From Candidatus Sericytochromatia bacterium (lineage in GTDB: Bacteria; Cyanobacteriota; Sericytochromatia; S15B-MN24; JAQBPE01), in assembly GCA_035284865.1 (NCBI GenBank), contig JAYKHL010000082.1, positions 476-64,475 on the forward strand: a stretch of 64,000 nucleotides of DNA, written 5' to 3'. Both the position numbers and the translations under genes were made by a program. This document shows, piece by piece, positions 1 through 9,183 of the stretch. How positions within the stretch are numbered: the stretch's first letter is position 1; every line of letters begins with the position of its first letter. The notes below the pieces were generated by a model. That model saw only the letters and a list, made by a program, of their open reading frames with translations. It was not told the DNA's origin and made no database searches.

Positions 1-189
1 CGAGTTCACCAGCTCCGCCTCGTAGCGCGCGTCGAGCTCGGGCTTGAACACCTGAACATGCTGCCGGGCGATGTGCGACCGCCGCACGCGGCGGATCAGC
101 TCCTCGGTCTTCCCGCTGAACATGGGGCCGCAGATCACCTCGATCCAGCCCGTCGAGCGCTTGATCTGGTAGAAGCCAAAGGTGGTCAT
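1..189 (-). CDS. tdk: thymidine kinase, N-terminal 63 codons (rest lies left of the window)
   Basis: Minus-strand translation from ATG 189..187 reads [63 protein letters not shown]. The P-loop [14 protein letters not shown] is the Gram-positive-type Tdk signature. GAGGAG SD lies 8 nt upstream. It is absent from the ORF track because there is no stop inside the window. Confidence 0.8.
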   Translation of the reverse strand, partial: MTTFGFYQIKRSTGWIEVICGPMFSGKTEELIRRVRRSHIARQHVQVFKPELDARYEAELVNS

Positions 190-288
190 TGGGGGGACTC
201 CTCAGGGGGCAGCCAGGTCATGGTAGCGAAATCCCGGCCGGCGCGGTAGGGCCGCCCCGCCCCCGCGAGCCGCCGCAGCGGGGCCGCG

Positions 289-1668
289 TCAACTCGCGGC
301 CACCTCACCCAGCCCCAGGGGCTCGCCCACCCCCGCGGCAAACGCGGCCTGGCTGGCCAGCGCGCGAGCCGCAAGGGCCTCCCGGCGGACCTTCTTGTCC
401 CGGATCGGGGCCTCCAGCTCCGGCAGGAGGCCCCAGTTGGCGTTCATCGGCTGGAAGTGCCTCGGTGCCGCCCCGGCGATGTAGTGCGACAGCGCCCCGA
501 GCATCGTGTCGCGCGGCCAGGCCAGCGGCGCCCGGCCCGTCAGCAGGCGTGCCATGTTGCGGCCCGCCACGAGCCCCATCGCCGCCGAGTCGATGTAACC
601 CTCGACGCCGATCATCTGGCCCGCAGCCAGCAGCAGCGGCCGCCCGCGCCACTGCAGGGTGGGCTCCAGCAGGGCCGGGCTCGACAGGTAGGTGTTGCGA
701 TGCATCACGCCAAGCCGGACGAACTCCGCGTTCGCCATGCCCGGGATCATTCGGAAGATGCGGGTCTGCTCCCCCCACTTGAGCTGGGTCTGGAAGCCCA
801 CCAGGTTGAACAGCGAGGCCGCGGCGTTGTCCTGTCGAAGTTGCACCACGGCATACGGCCAGCGCCCGGTGCGGGGGTCCGTCAGCCCCACGGGCTTCAT
901 CGGGCCGTAGCGGAGGGTGTCAGGCCCCCGCCGTGCAATCACCTCCACGGGCAGGCAGCTCTCGAAAAACACGTGGTCCTCGGGGTGATGCAGCGTGGCG
1001 TTCTCGCCGGCCGCGAGGGCTGCCACAAAGGCCTCATAGCCCGCGCGATCGAACGGGCAGTTGAGGTAGTCGCCCGGCCCCTCGGCGGCCTCCCGCCGCT
1101 GGCCCTTGCGGGCGAGGCCCTCCCGGCCGGCGCGGAAGATGATCGACAGGTCCAGCGACTCCAGCGTGACGATGGGCGCCGCCGCGTCGTGGAAGAACAG
1201 GTAGTCTCGCCCGGCCAGTGCCTGCAGCGCCCCCGAGAGGGCGTCGGAGGTCAGCGGCCCGGAGGCCACGATCGTGGGCCGCTCCGCGGCGAGATCCGTC
1301 ACCTCCTCGCGGTGCAAGGTGATCAGCGGGTGGGCCTCCAGCCGAGCCGTGACGGCCCGAGCGAAGCCCTCTCGGTCCACCGCGAGGGCGCCGCCCGCCG
1401 GCACGGCGTGGGCCTCGGCGCACGCCACGATCAAGGAGTCCAGGCGACGCATCTCCGCCTTCAGCAAGCCGGAGGCCGCCGTCAGGCCGAGGGCGCCCAG
1501 GGAGTTGGAGCACACCAGCTCCGCGGCGTCCGTCGTGTGGTGGACGCGCGTGGGACGCACCCCCCGCATCTCGTAGAGGTCCACGGGCAGGCCGCGCTGG
1601 GCGAGCTGCCAGGCGGCCTCGCTGCCGGCGAGGCCGGCGCCGATGATGCGAGCACGTTGGTCGGACAA
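289..1668 (-). CDS. trmFO: methylenetetrahydrofolate--tRNA-(uracil-5-)-methyltransferase TrmFO (Gid)
   Basis: This is the last 459 codons of track ORF 289..3048. The start is TTG 1668..1666, preceded by AGGAGGA with a 7-nt spacer. MSDQRARIIGAGLAGSEAAWQLAQRGLPVDLYEMRGVRPTRVHHTTDAAELVCSNSLG matches the FAD-binding TrmFO N-terminus. Upstream of 1668 the ORF is antisense to the flippase gene. Confidence 0.9.
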   Translation of the reverse strand: MSDQRARIIGAGLAGSEAAWQLAQRGLPVDLYEMRGVRPTRVHHTTDAAELVCSNSLGALGLTAASGLLKAEMRRLDSLIVACAEAHAVPAGGALAVDREGFARAVTARLEAHPLITLHREEVTDLAAERPTIVASGPLTSDALSGALQALAGRDYLFFHDAAAPIVTLESLDLSIIFRAGREGLARKGQRREAAEGPGDYLNCPFDRAGYEAFVAALAAGENATLHHPEDHVFFESCLPVEVIARRGPDTLRYGPMKPVGLTDPRTGRWPYAVVQLRQDNAAASLFNLVGFQTQLKWGEQTRIFRMIPGMANAEFVRLGVMHRNTYLSSPALLEPTLQWRGRPLLLAAGQMIGVEGYIDSAAMGLVAGRNMARLLTGRAPLAWPRDTMLGALSHYIAGAAPRHFQPMNANWGLLPELEAPIRDKKVRREALAARALASQAAFAAGVGEPLGLGEVAAS

Positions 1669-1722
1669 GCGGGGTTCCTCCTGAAAGGCGCATGGTAGCA
1701 CGCGACAGGATGCCGAGAAGGG

Positions 1723-1728
1723 TATAGA
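1723..1728 (+). promoter_or_regulatory. -10-like box TATAGA, 6 nt upstream of ATG 1735 (leaderless-type arrangement)
   Basis: The sequence ggTATAGAggggccATG has no SD between the box and the start. Confidence 0.4.
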
Positions 1729-1734
1729 GGGGCC

Positions 1735-3195
1735 ATGGAATCCGAGGCGCCGGTGCGCAACCAGGTCGGGCGCGGCGTGGCTGCGCTCGTGGCGCGCTAC
1801 GGCCTGATCACCCCGCTGTCGCTCGTGGCGAGCGTGCTGCTGGCGCGCTGGCTCGCGCCAGCGGCCTTCGGCGCCTACGCCTCCGTGGCCTTCCTCGTGC
1901 TGGGGCTGGGCAGCCTGTTCGAGCTCGGGCTGGTCTCGGTCCTGATCCAGCAGCGCGAGCGGCCAACGCCCCACGAGCAGCGCACCGTCTTCACGGCCTA
2001 CCTTGCCCTGTTCGGGGCGATGGCGCTGGCGCTCGCCGCAGCGGCCCCGTGGCTCGCCGCCTGGTTCCGGCTGCCACCAGACGGGGCCGCCATGGCCCGC
2101 TGCATGACCCTGCCGATGCTGCTCGGCGTGCTGGGGTGCATCCCCACCGTGATGCTGGAGCGCGACATGCGCTTCGGCACGCTGGCCGCCATCGAGGTCG
2201 CGGGCACCGTGGCGGAGAAGGGCGTGACGCTCGGCCTCGCCTGGGGGGGGTATGGCAGCTGGAGCTTCGTATGGGGCGCGGTGGCGGCCGTCGGGCTGCG
2301 CATGGCCCTGCTGAACGCCGCGGCGCCGTGGCCCGTCGGCCTGGCCTGGGACCGCGGCGTGCTGCGGACGCGCCTGGCCCACGGCGTGTGGTTTCAGGGC
2401 ATCAACGTGGCCTTCCTGGTGCGAGAGAACCTGGCGACGCTGGTGGCGGGTCCGGCCTGCGGGCCTCACGCCGTCGGCCTGCTGAACTGGAGCGCTGCCC
2501 TTGCCACCCTCCTGCCCTCGAACGCGCTGGTGATCGCGCAGCGCGTCACCTTCCCGGCGCTGGCCCGGCTGCAAGATGCCCCCGCCGAGGCGGCCGAGTT
2601 GCTGCGCCTGACGCTGCGCCGCCTGTGCCTCGTCACGGCGGCGCCCTCGGCCTGCCTCCTCGTGCTGGCAGAGCCGATCGTGCGGCACGTGTACGGCCCA
2701 GCCTGGCTGGAGGCGCTGCCGCTGCTCGCCTGGATGGTGGCGCGCGCGGGGGTCGCCCAGCTCTTCACGCCGCTGCTGGTGTTCCTCAACGCCCGGGGAG
2801 AGGCAGCCGTGGGACTTCGGCTCATGCTCGCCACGACCGGGCTGGAGTGGGGCCTGGCGCTGGCGTTGTTGCCCGAATGGGGCCCTGCTGGGGTGGCTGC
2901 GGGCGCCGCCTTGGGGGGAGCCCTGCCCGCGCTGGCGGTGGCCAGACGCGTCCAGGCCACCGCCCCGCTGCGGCCCGTGCGGACCTTCGGCCCGGGGCTG
3001 GCCGTGGCGGGGATGCTCGCGGCCGCAGCCGCGCTGGGGCGGCCCCACGTCACCTCCTGGCAGGCGCTGGCCAGCGCCTTTTTGGGCCTGGTGCTCGCCT
3101 GGGGGCTCGCCGTGGCCTGGCTGGAGCGGGCGTTGCTCCGGGCCTGGTGGGCCGGTCGCCGGGAGCAGGCCGCGGCCCCGAGGGAGGCCGCATGA
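1735..3195 (+). CDS. polysaccharide/oligosaccharide flippase, MOP superfamily (Wzx-like)
   Basis: The 486-aa product is polytopic and hydrophobic throughout (about 12-14 predicted helices). Its N-terminus (RGVAALVARYGLITPLSLVASVLLARWL.P..FG) is typical of polysaccharide biosynthesis (PST family) proteins. Its stop overlaps the next start (ATGA). Confidence 0.75.
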   Translation: MESEAPVRNQVGRGVAALVARYGLITPLSLVASVLLARWLAPAAFGAYASVAFLVLGLGSLFELGLVSVLIQQRERPTPHEQRTVFTAYLALFGAMALALAAAAPWLAAWFRLPPDGAAMARCMTLPMLLGVLGCIPTVMLERDMRFGTLAAIEVAGTVAEKGVTLGLAWGGYGSWSFVWGAVAAVGLRMALLNAAAPWPVGLAWDRGVLRTRLAHGVWFQGINVAFLVRENLATLVAGPACGPHAVGLLNWSAALATLLPSNALVIAQRVTFPALARLQDAPAEAAELLRLTLRRLCLVTAAPSACLLVLAEPIVRHVYGPAWLEALPLLAWMVARAGVAQLFTPLLVFLNARGEAAVGLRLMLATTGLEWGLALALLPEWGPAGVAAGAALGGALPALAVARRVQATAPLRPVRTFGPGLAVAGMLAAAAALGRPHVTSWQALASAFLGLVLAWGLAVAWLERALLRAWWAGRREQAAAPREAA

Positions 3196-4157
3196 GCCTC
3201 CCCCGCCTCGCCATCGTCATCGTCAGCTGGAACACGCGGGGGGACGTGCTGGCCTGCCTGGCCTCGCTGCGCGCGGCGGCCGTCAGCCTGCCCCACGAGA
3301 CCTGGGTGGTGGACAACGCCTCAACGGACGGCACTGCGGACGCCATCGCCGAGCGCCACCCTGAGGTGCGCCTGGTGCGCGCGTCCGAGAACCTCGGCTT
3401 CGCCCGCGGCAACAACCTGGCCCTGGCCGCCCTCGAGGCCGAGCACGTGTTGCTGCTGAACCCGGACACCCTGGTGCCACCCGGGGCCGTGGAGCAACTG
3501 GTGGCTCACCTCGAGGCGCACCCAGAGGTTGGCGCTGTCGGCCCCCGGCTCATCTTCGGAGACGGCACCTTCCAGCTGTCGGCCATGCCTTTCGTGGCGC
3601 CCTGGGACCTGTACTGGGAGCACGCCCGCTTCCCGGCCAGCCTTCAGCCCCGGGCGCAGCGCGTTCCGAGGCGCCTCTACGCCCTCCCCGAGGCAGGGGC
3701 TTGCCCCGTCGACATGGTCATCGGCGCGGCCCTGCTGGTGCGGGGCGAGGTCCTCTCCCGCGTCGGGTTGCTCGACGAGGGCTATTTCATGTACGGGGAG
3801 GAGATGGACTGGTGCTGGCGCATCCGCCAGGCTGGCTGGGGCGTGGACTGGCTGGCCGGGGCCACCATCACCCACCTCGGGGGCCGGGCGGCGGCCCAGG
3901 TGCCGCTCTCCACCCTGGCCCACCGGTTCGGCAGCACCTTCCGCTTCCTGCGGCTGCACCGGGGCCCAGGCGCCGAGCGCCGGGCGCGCCTGGCGCTGTT
4001 CCTCGCGGCGGTCCAGAACCTGGGCTGGGGCGGCCTGCGCACCTTGCTCGGCAGGCAGCCCCGGGAAGCCTGGCGCCGCGAGTGGACCGAGGCTCGCGTC
4101 GCGCTCGCGACGGCCTGGCACGGCCAGGCGGCCGGGCACGGCCCGCGCGCAGGGTAA
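3192..4157 (+). CDS. glycosyltransferase family 2
   Basis: An internal ATG of track ORF 2049..4157 overlaps the flippase stop. LAIVIVSWNTRGDVLACLASL...VVDNASTDGTADAI...ENLGFARGNNLAL...LLLNPDT is the GT2 (rhamnosyltransferase-like) signature. Confidence 0.85.
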   Translation: MSLPRLAIVIVSWNTRGDVLACLASLRAAAVSLPHETWVVDNASTDGTADAIAERHPEVRLVRASENLGFARGNNLALAALEAEHVLLLNPDTLVPPGAVEQLVAHLEAHPEVGAVGPRLIFGDGTFQLSAMPFVAPWDLYWEHARFPASLQPRAQRVPRRLYALPEAGACPVDMVIGAALLVRGEVLSRVGLLDEGYFMYGEEMDWCWRIRQAGWGVDWLAGATITHLGGRAAAQVPLSTLAHRFGSTFRFLRLHRGPGAERRARLALFLAAVQNLGWGGLRTLLGRQPREAWRREWTEARVALATAWHGQAAGHGPRAG

Positions 4158-4166
4158 GGGCCTGGC

Positions 4167-6086
4167 ATGGCAGCAGCCCGCACCACCGTCGTGATCGTCT
4201 CGTGGAACACCCGTGGGCTGCTGGAGGCCTGCCTGCGGCGCGTCTACGCCGCGAGGCCGGGCACGCCGGTGGTGGTGGTCGACAACGCCTCGTCGGACGG
4301 CACCGTCGAGGCCCTCGCGCCGGCCTTTCCGCAGGCCACGTGGCTGCCCCAGGCCGAGAACCTGGGCTTTGCACGCGGCAACAACGTGGGCCTTGCAGGT
4401 GTCGCCACGGAGTTCGTCTGGCTGCTGAACCCGGACACGGAGCCAGGCCCCGACGCCCTCGCGGCGCTGGAGGGCTGGCTGGACACCCACCCCGAGGCCG
4501 CAGCGGTGGGTGCGGGGCTGCTCAACCCCGACGGCAGCCCGCAGCCGTGTGCCTTCCAGCTGCCGACAGCGGCCGCCACGCTGGCCGAGTGGTGCCTGCT
4601 GCCGGGCCCCCTGGCGCGGCTGCGAGATCGGCTGTGGCGGCTCGGTCCCCGGCGGGCAGCGGGCCGCACGGGCTGGGTGCTCGGAGCCGCGATGCTGGTG
4701 CGCGCCTCCGTGCTGCGCGAGGTCGGGGGGCTGCGCGAGGACTTCTTCATGTACGCCGAAGAGCTGGAGTGGTGCCGCCGCGCCACGCAGGCCGGGTGGG
4801 AGGTCCACCTCGCGCCGGAGGCTGACGTGGTGCACCACGGCGGCGCGGCCACCTCCCAGGTGCGAGAGGCGATGCGGGTGGCCCTGTTCGAGAGCCGGGG
4901 GCGCTACATGGCATCCGAGCTCGGGGGCGCGCGGCGCACCACCTGGCTCGCAATCGCGGCCCTCGTGGCGGCCTGGAACACGGCCTGGGTGGCCCTCCGA
5001 CGCCCCTCGGGCTGGACGCCCGGCCTGGCCTGGCGCCTGTGGCACGCGTGGCGGCGGGGGCTGGCGGCAAGGCCCGCGCCCCCGCCCGTCGTGCTGCAAG
5101 GGGCTGTCCACGAGGCCCTCGCGCCCCTCATCCCCGCTGACGCGGACCTTCTCCCCTGGGGAGAAGGGAGCGCCCTGCCTTCGCCCCCCACCGGGGAACC
5201 AGACGGTGAGGTCCCCCCGGGGGCCACCGGGCCCGAGGCCCCCCCGGGGGTCACCGGGCCCGAGGCCCCTTTGCTCCCAGGAGCGGGTGATTGGAAGCCG
5301 GGTGAGGGACGTGGCGGCCGCCCCCGCGTCAGCGCCGTGCTGATCGCCCGCAACGAGGCCACCCGGCTGCCCGGGTGCCTGGAGGCCCTCCAGGCCTCGG
5401 GGCTGGTGGACGAGGTGGTGGTGGTCGATGACGCCAGCACCGACGGCTCGGCCGAGGTGGCCGCGCGAGCGGGGGCGCGGGTGCTCGTGCACCCGCACGT
5501 CGGCGAGAACTGGGATCTCAACAAGAACGTCGGGATGGATGCCGCCCGCGGCGACTGGGTGCTGCTGATCGACGCGGATGAGCGACTCGCGCCCGGCGCC
5601 GCGGCCACGATTGCCCGAGCCCTGGCCGGAGGGGCCTCGTGTGCGGCGTACTGGCTGCCTCGGCAGGAGTGGTACTTCGGACGCTGGGCCCGCCACGCCA
5701 CGGCCGGGGCGCGCGTGCTCCGGCTGGTGCGGCGGGGGGCCGTCCGCTTCGAGGGTGAGCGCCTGCATGCCCACCCCCGCGTGGATGGCCCGGTGGGGCA
5801 GCTGGCGGCGGCGCTGGTCCACGAGCCCTACCCGACGATCGGTGCCTATGTTGCCAAGACCTGGCTTTACACCGATCATGAGGCGCGTGTCCGCCACGCG
5901 GCGGGGGAACGTGCGGGGCTCGGCGAGGTGCTGGCCGCCCCGCTGCGGCACCTCTGGCACCGGGGCTGGCGACAGCAGGGGTGGCGAGACGGCTGGGCCG
6001 GCCTGGTGTACTGTGTCGTCACCGTGCTCTACCCGACCCGCCAGGCCTGGCGGCTGTGGCGCCTGGGGCGCCGGGACCGGTCATGA
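4167..6086 (+). CDS. two-domain glycosyltransferase (GT2 + GT2 fusion)
   Basis: The N-terminal domain (VVIVSWNTRGLLEACL...VVDNASSDGT...ENLGFARGNN...LLNPDT) is a close paralog of the preceding gene. After a Pro/Gly linker comes a second GT2 domain (VSAVLIARNEATRLPGCLEAL...VVVVDDASTDGS...LLIDADERL). Confidence 0.85.
   Translation: MAAARTTVVIVSWNTRGLLEACLRRVYAARPGTPVVVVDNASSDGTVEALAPAFPQATWLPQAENLGFARGNNVGLAGVATEFVWLLNPDTEPGPDALAALEGWLDTHPEAAAVGAGLLNPDGSPQPCAFQLPTAAATLAEWCLLPGPLARLRDRLWRLGPRRAAGRTGWVLGAAMLVRASVLREVGGLREDFFMYAEELEWCRRATQAGWEVHLAPEADVVHHGGAATSQVREAMRVALFESRGRYMASELGGARRTTWLAIAALVAAWNTAWVALRRPSGWTPGLAWRLWHAWRRGLAARPAPPPVVLQGAVHEALAPLIPADADLLPWGEGSALPSPPTGEPDGEVPPGATGPEAPPGVTGPEAPLLPGAGDWKPGEGRGGRPRVSAVLIARNEATRLPGCLEALQASGLVDEVVVVDDASTDGSAEVAARAGARVLVHPHVGENWDLNKNVGMDAARGDWVLLIDADERLAPGAAATIARALAGGASCAAYWLPRQEWYFGRWARHATAGARVLRLVRRGAVRFEGERLHAHPRVDGPVGQLAAALVHEPYPTIGAYVAKTWLYTDHEARVRHAAGERAGLGEVLAAPLRHLWHRGWRQQGWRDGWAGLVYCVVTVLYPTRQAWRLWRLGRRDRS
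5214..5267 (+). repeat. 27-nt tandem duplication (2 copies, 1 mismatch) inside the interdomain linker of the GT2-GT2 gene
   Basis: cccccgggggCcaccgggcccgaggcc is followed directly by cccccgggggTcaccgggcccgaggcc. The two copies encode PPGATGPEA and PPGVTGPEA. Confidence 0.85.
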
Positions 6087-7087
6087 CGACGTCGCTGCCC
6101 TTCATCTCCGTGATCGTGCCCGCCCGGGATCGGCCGACGGCGCTGTCGGCGCTGCTGGCGGCCCTGGCCGACCAGAGCTACCCGCCAGGCCAGTTCGAGG
6201 TGCTGATCTGCGACGACGGCTCGGAGCCCCCCCTGGCGGAGCGCGTGCCCGCGAGGCAGGGGGTCCTCACGGTGCGATACCTGCGCGCGGAGCAGGGCGG
6301 GCCGGCGGTGGCCCGCAACCGCGGCGTGCAGCAGGCCCGGGGCTCGATCCTGGCCTTCACGGACGACGACTGCCTGCCGGACCCTGGCTGGCTCGAGGCG
6401 ATCGCCGAGGCCTTCGCGAGCCAGGGCTGTGAGGCCGTGCACGGCCCCACCCGCTCCAGCGTCCCCCCGCTGGAGGGCATCGTCCATAGCGTGCACGCCG
6501 TCCGCCCCGAGGACGGGGTCGCCACGGCCAACCTCGCCGTCTCGCGCACGGCGCTGCAGGCCGTGGGGGGCTTTGACGAGACCTTCACCAGCCCCTACTT
6601 CGAGGACGAGGACCTGGCCCGCCGCATCGAGGCGATGGTCGGCCCGATCACCTGGTCCGAGGACGTCCGTGTCGAGCACCCCCCTCGCCCGAGCGGCTTT
6701 GCCGCGGCCTGGCGGGGGGCGGGGCACTGGCGCTGGCTCCCCTACATGGAGCGCCAGCACCCGGGCGTCCGGGCGGGGGCGATGCGCGGCGTGCGGCTGC
6801 GGGTCGCGGCCAAGTCGGCCCTGATCGTGCTGGGGCTCGCTCCCCTGGCCGGTGCCCCGGCCTCGTTCGGGCTCGGCCTGGTGGCCCTGGCCGCCTGGCA
6901 GGCGCGCCGGCTGCGGCGGGTGCTGGGCATCGCACTGGCCCACGGCTGGCGGGTGCCGCTCGGCACGCAGCTGGCCTACGTGGCGGGGGAGTGGCTGCTG
7001 GACTACCGCCGCTGGGCGGCCTACGTCGAGGGGCGCGGCATCGAGCCCGTCGAACGCGACGAGGCCGAGGAGGAGCTGGGGTTTTGA
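6083..7087 (+). CDS. glycosyltransferase family 2
   Basis: The ATG overlaps the upstream stop (ATGA). MTTSLPFISVIVPARDRPTALSALLAALADQSYPPGQFEVLICDDGS...FTDDDCLP shows the GT2 DxD architecture. Confidence 0.85.
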   Translation: MTTSLPFISVIVPARDRPTALSALLAALADQSYPPGQFEVLICDDGSEPPLAERVPARQGVLTVRYLRAEQGGPAVARNRGVQQARGSILAFTDDDCLPDPGWLEAIAEAFASQGCEAVHGPTRSSVPPLEGIVHSVHAVRPEDGVATANLAVSRTALQAVGGFDETFTSPYFEDEDLARRIEAMVGPITWSEDVRVEHPPRPSGFAAAWRGAGHWRWLPYMERQHPGVRAGAMRGVRLRVAAKSALIVLGLAPLAGAPASFGLGLVALAAWQARRLRRVLGIALAHGWRVPLGTQLAYVAGEWLLDYRRWAAYVEGRGIEPVERDEAEEELGF

Positions 7088-8286
7088 GGATCGCCCTGGT
7101 CTGCTCCGAGGTGATCCGGGAGAGCGGCCATGGGCGGTACATGCTCGAGCTGGCCCGGCGCCTGGCGCCCCGCCACGAGGTGCACGTCTACAGCCACCTG
7201 TTCCAGCCCGTGCCCGGCGTGACGCACCACCCCGTGTCGGCCCACCTCGGCGTCAACCTGTGGCGGCTGCTGACCTTCTGGTGGGGCGCCACCCGCGCGC
7301 TGGGACGTGAGCCGTTCGACGTGGTCCACACCATCGGGGGCTGCTGCGCCCGCCGCGACGTGGTGACGGCACAGTTCTGCCAGCGTCCCTGGGGGGAGGA
7401 GCTGGCCCGGCTCGCCCGGGATGACCGTCGCGCTCGGGCGCTCGGCCAGCCGCCGCTGTTGCCGGGCAGCCCGCTGCGCCACCTCTACCACCACCTCTAC
7501 TGGCGGGTGGCGGACCTGTTCGAGGCGCCGGCCTTCCGGGCCCGCCCGGGCAAGCGGTTGATCGCCGTGTCGGCGGGCGTGCGCGAGGAGCTCGTGCGCT
7601 GCTACGGCGTTCCTCGCGACGCCGTGGCCGTGATCCACAACGGCGTCGAGCCGGCCGAATTCACGGCTGAGGCGCTGACCCCGCTGCGAGGGCCGACGCG
7701 GGAGGCCCTCGGGCTGCCCGCGGACGCCCCCGTGGTGCTCTACGTCGGGGATTTCTACCGCAAGGGGCTGGCCGTCGCGATCGCCGCGTTCGCCGCCGCA
7801 GGCCGCCCCGAGGCCTGGCTCCTGGTCGTCGGGCGCGGCGAGTACGACGCCTTCCGGGCCCTCGCCGAACGCCTCGGCGTGGCCGACCGGGTGCGCTTCA
7901 CCGGGTTCGTGCCGGACACCCGACCCTACTTCGCGGCCGCCGATGCCTTCGTGTTCCCCACCCGCTACGAGCCGTTCGGGATGGTCGTGACGGAGGCGAT
8001 GGCCGCCGGGTTGCCCGTCGTCACCACCCGCGTGGCGGGGGCGGCTGAGGTGATCGCCGACGGGGAGGAGGGCCTGCTCGTGGACGACCCGACCGACGCC
8101 ACCGGCCTCGGGCGGGCGCTGGCCTCGGTGCTCGCCGACCCGATGCGGGCCGCCGCCCTCGGGCGAGCCGCCCGACGCAAGGCCGCCACCGTGAGCTGGG
8201 ACCGCATCGCGGCCGAGACGGAGGCCGTCTACACGGCGCTGGTCGCGGCCCGCGCCGCGCCTCGCCGAGTCCGGTCCCTGTGGTAG
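7084..8286 (+). CDS. glycosyltransferase family 4 (GT-B, GT1-type)
   Basis: The TTG start overlaps the upstream stop (TTGA). LRIALVCSEVIRESGHGRYMLELARRL is the N-terminal beta1 strand. The C-terminal motif is PTRYEPFGMVVTEAMAAGLPVVTTRVAGAAEVI.DGEEGLLV. Confidence 0.8.
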   Translation: MRIALVCSEVIRESGHGRYMLELARRLAPRHEVHVYSHLFQPVPGVTHHPVSAHLGVNLWRLLTFWWGATRALGREPFDVVHTIGGCCARRDVVTAQFCQRPWGEELARLARDDRRARALGQPPLLPGSPLRHLYHHLYWRVADLFEAPAFRARPGKRLIAVSAGVREELVRCYGVPRDAVAVIHNGVEPAEFTAEALTPLRGPTREALGLPADAPVVLYVGDFYRKGLAVAIAAFAAAGRPEAWLLVVGRGEYDAFRALAERLGVADRVRFTGFVPDTRPYFAAADAFVFPTRYEPFGMVVTEAMAAGLPVVTTRVAGAAEVIADGEEGLLVDDPTDATGLGRALASVLADPMRAAALGRAARRKAATVSWDRIAAETEAVYTALVAARAAPRRVRSLW

Positions 8287-8289
8287 GAT
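8281..8289 (+). promoter_or_regulatory. extended -10 box TGGTAGGAT upstream of the transketolase genes
   Basis: The hexamer TAGGAT includes the TAG stop of the GT4 gene. It is followed about 30 nt later by GAGAGG and ATG 8322. Confidence 0.4.
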
Positions 8290-8321
8290 GAAGCGTCCGC
8301 CGCCCTGTCCGAGAGGTCGCC

Positions 8322-9158
8322 ATGACGCCCCACACCGAGTCGCCTGCCGAGCTGCGCCGCATCGCCTGGCGGCTGCGCACCGACGTGATCGAGATGATCA
8401 CGGCCGCGGCCTCCGGCCACCCGGGGGGCTCCCTGTCGGCGATCGACCTCATCACGACGCTCTACCACGCGGTGCTCCGGCATGACCCGGCCAACCCGAC
8501 GTGGGCGGCGCGCGATCGCTTCATCCTGAGCAAGGGGCACGCCTGCCCGGCCCTGTACGCCGTGCTGGGGGACCTGGGCTACTTCGATCGCGCCCTGTTT
8601 CCGACGCTCCGCCGCCTCGGGAGCCCGTTGCAGGGGCACCCCGAGCTTGGCAAGCTCGCGGGCGTGGAGGCCTCGACCGGCTCGCTCGGACAGGGGCTCT
8701 CGCTCGGCCTCGGGATGGCCGAGGGGGCGCGCATCAGCGGCACGGGCTCCCACGTCTGGGTGCTGATGGGCGACGGGGAACTGGACGAAGGACAGGTCTG
8801 GGAGGCCGCGATGTACGCGGGGGCCCGGCACGTCACCAACCTCACGGCCATCGTCGACGTGAATGGGCTGCAACTCGACGACACGACGGATCGCATCCTG
8901 GCGCTGGAGCCCCTCGCCGACAAGTGGCGGTCCTTCGGCTGGCATGTCGTCGACATCGACGGCCACGACTTCGACGCCATCCTGGCGGCCTACCGCGAGG
9001 CCCTGGCCGCGGCCGGGCGCCCGACGGTGGTGCTGGCGCGGACGGTGAAGGGGAAGGGCGTGTCTTTCATGGAGCACAACAACGAGTGGCACGGCGCCGC
9101 CCCGAGCCGCGAGCAGGCCGACCGCGCCCTCGCGGAGCTGGCCGCAGCCAGCGCCTGA
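8322..9158 (+). CDS. transketolase, N-terminal (TPP-binding) subunit
   Basis: LRRIAWRLRTDVIEMITAAASGHPGGSLSAIDLITTLY...RDRFILSKGHACPALYAVL...GSLGQGLS.GLGMA...VLMGDGELDEGQVWEA is the classic split-transketolase subunit A pattern. Confidence 0.9.
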   Translation: MTPHTESPAELRRIAWRLRTDVIEMITAAASGHPGGSLSAIDLITTLYHAVLRHDPANPTWAARDRFILSKGHACPALYAVLGDLGYFDRALFPTLRRLGSPLQGHPELGKLAGVEASTGSLGQGLSLGLGMAEGARISGTGSHVWVLMGDGELDEGQVWEAAMYAGARHVTNLTAIVDVNGLQLDDTTDRILALEPLADKWRSFGWHVVDIDGHDFDAILAAYREALAAAGRPTVVLARTVKGKGVSFMEHNNEWHGAAPSREQADRALAELAAASA

Positions 9159-9183
9159 GCGGCACACGACGAGGAGGCCCGAG

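Noticed and set aside
289-3048. A 919-aa minus-strand ORF in the track.
   Set aside because: Only its last 459 codons (from TTG 1668, which has a strong SD) are TrmFO. The upstream 460 codons are Arg/Gly/Pro/Gln-rich and match no family I recognise. They run antisense to the well-supported flippase gene. This is a typical high-GC shadow ORF.
3321-5960. An 879-aa minus-strand ORF, plus many 100-400-aa ORFs in other frames across 2.0-8.5 kb.
   Set aside because: They lie antisense or out of frame to four glycosyltransferase genes with clear GT2/GT4 motifs. Their products are low-complexity (R/G/P/A) without motifs. Stop codons are simply rare in non-coding frames at this GC content.
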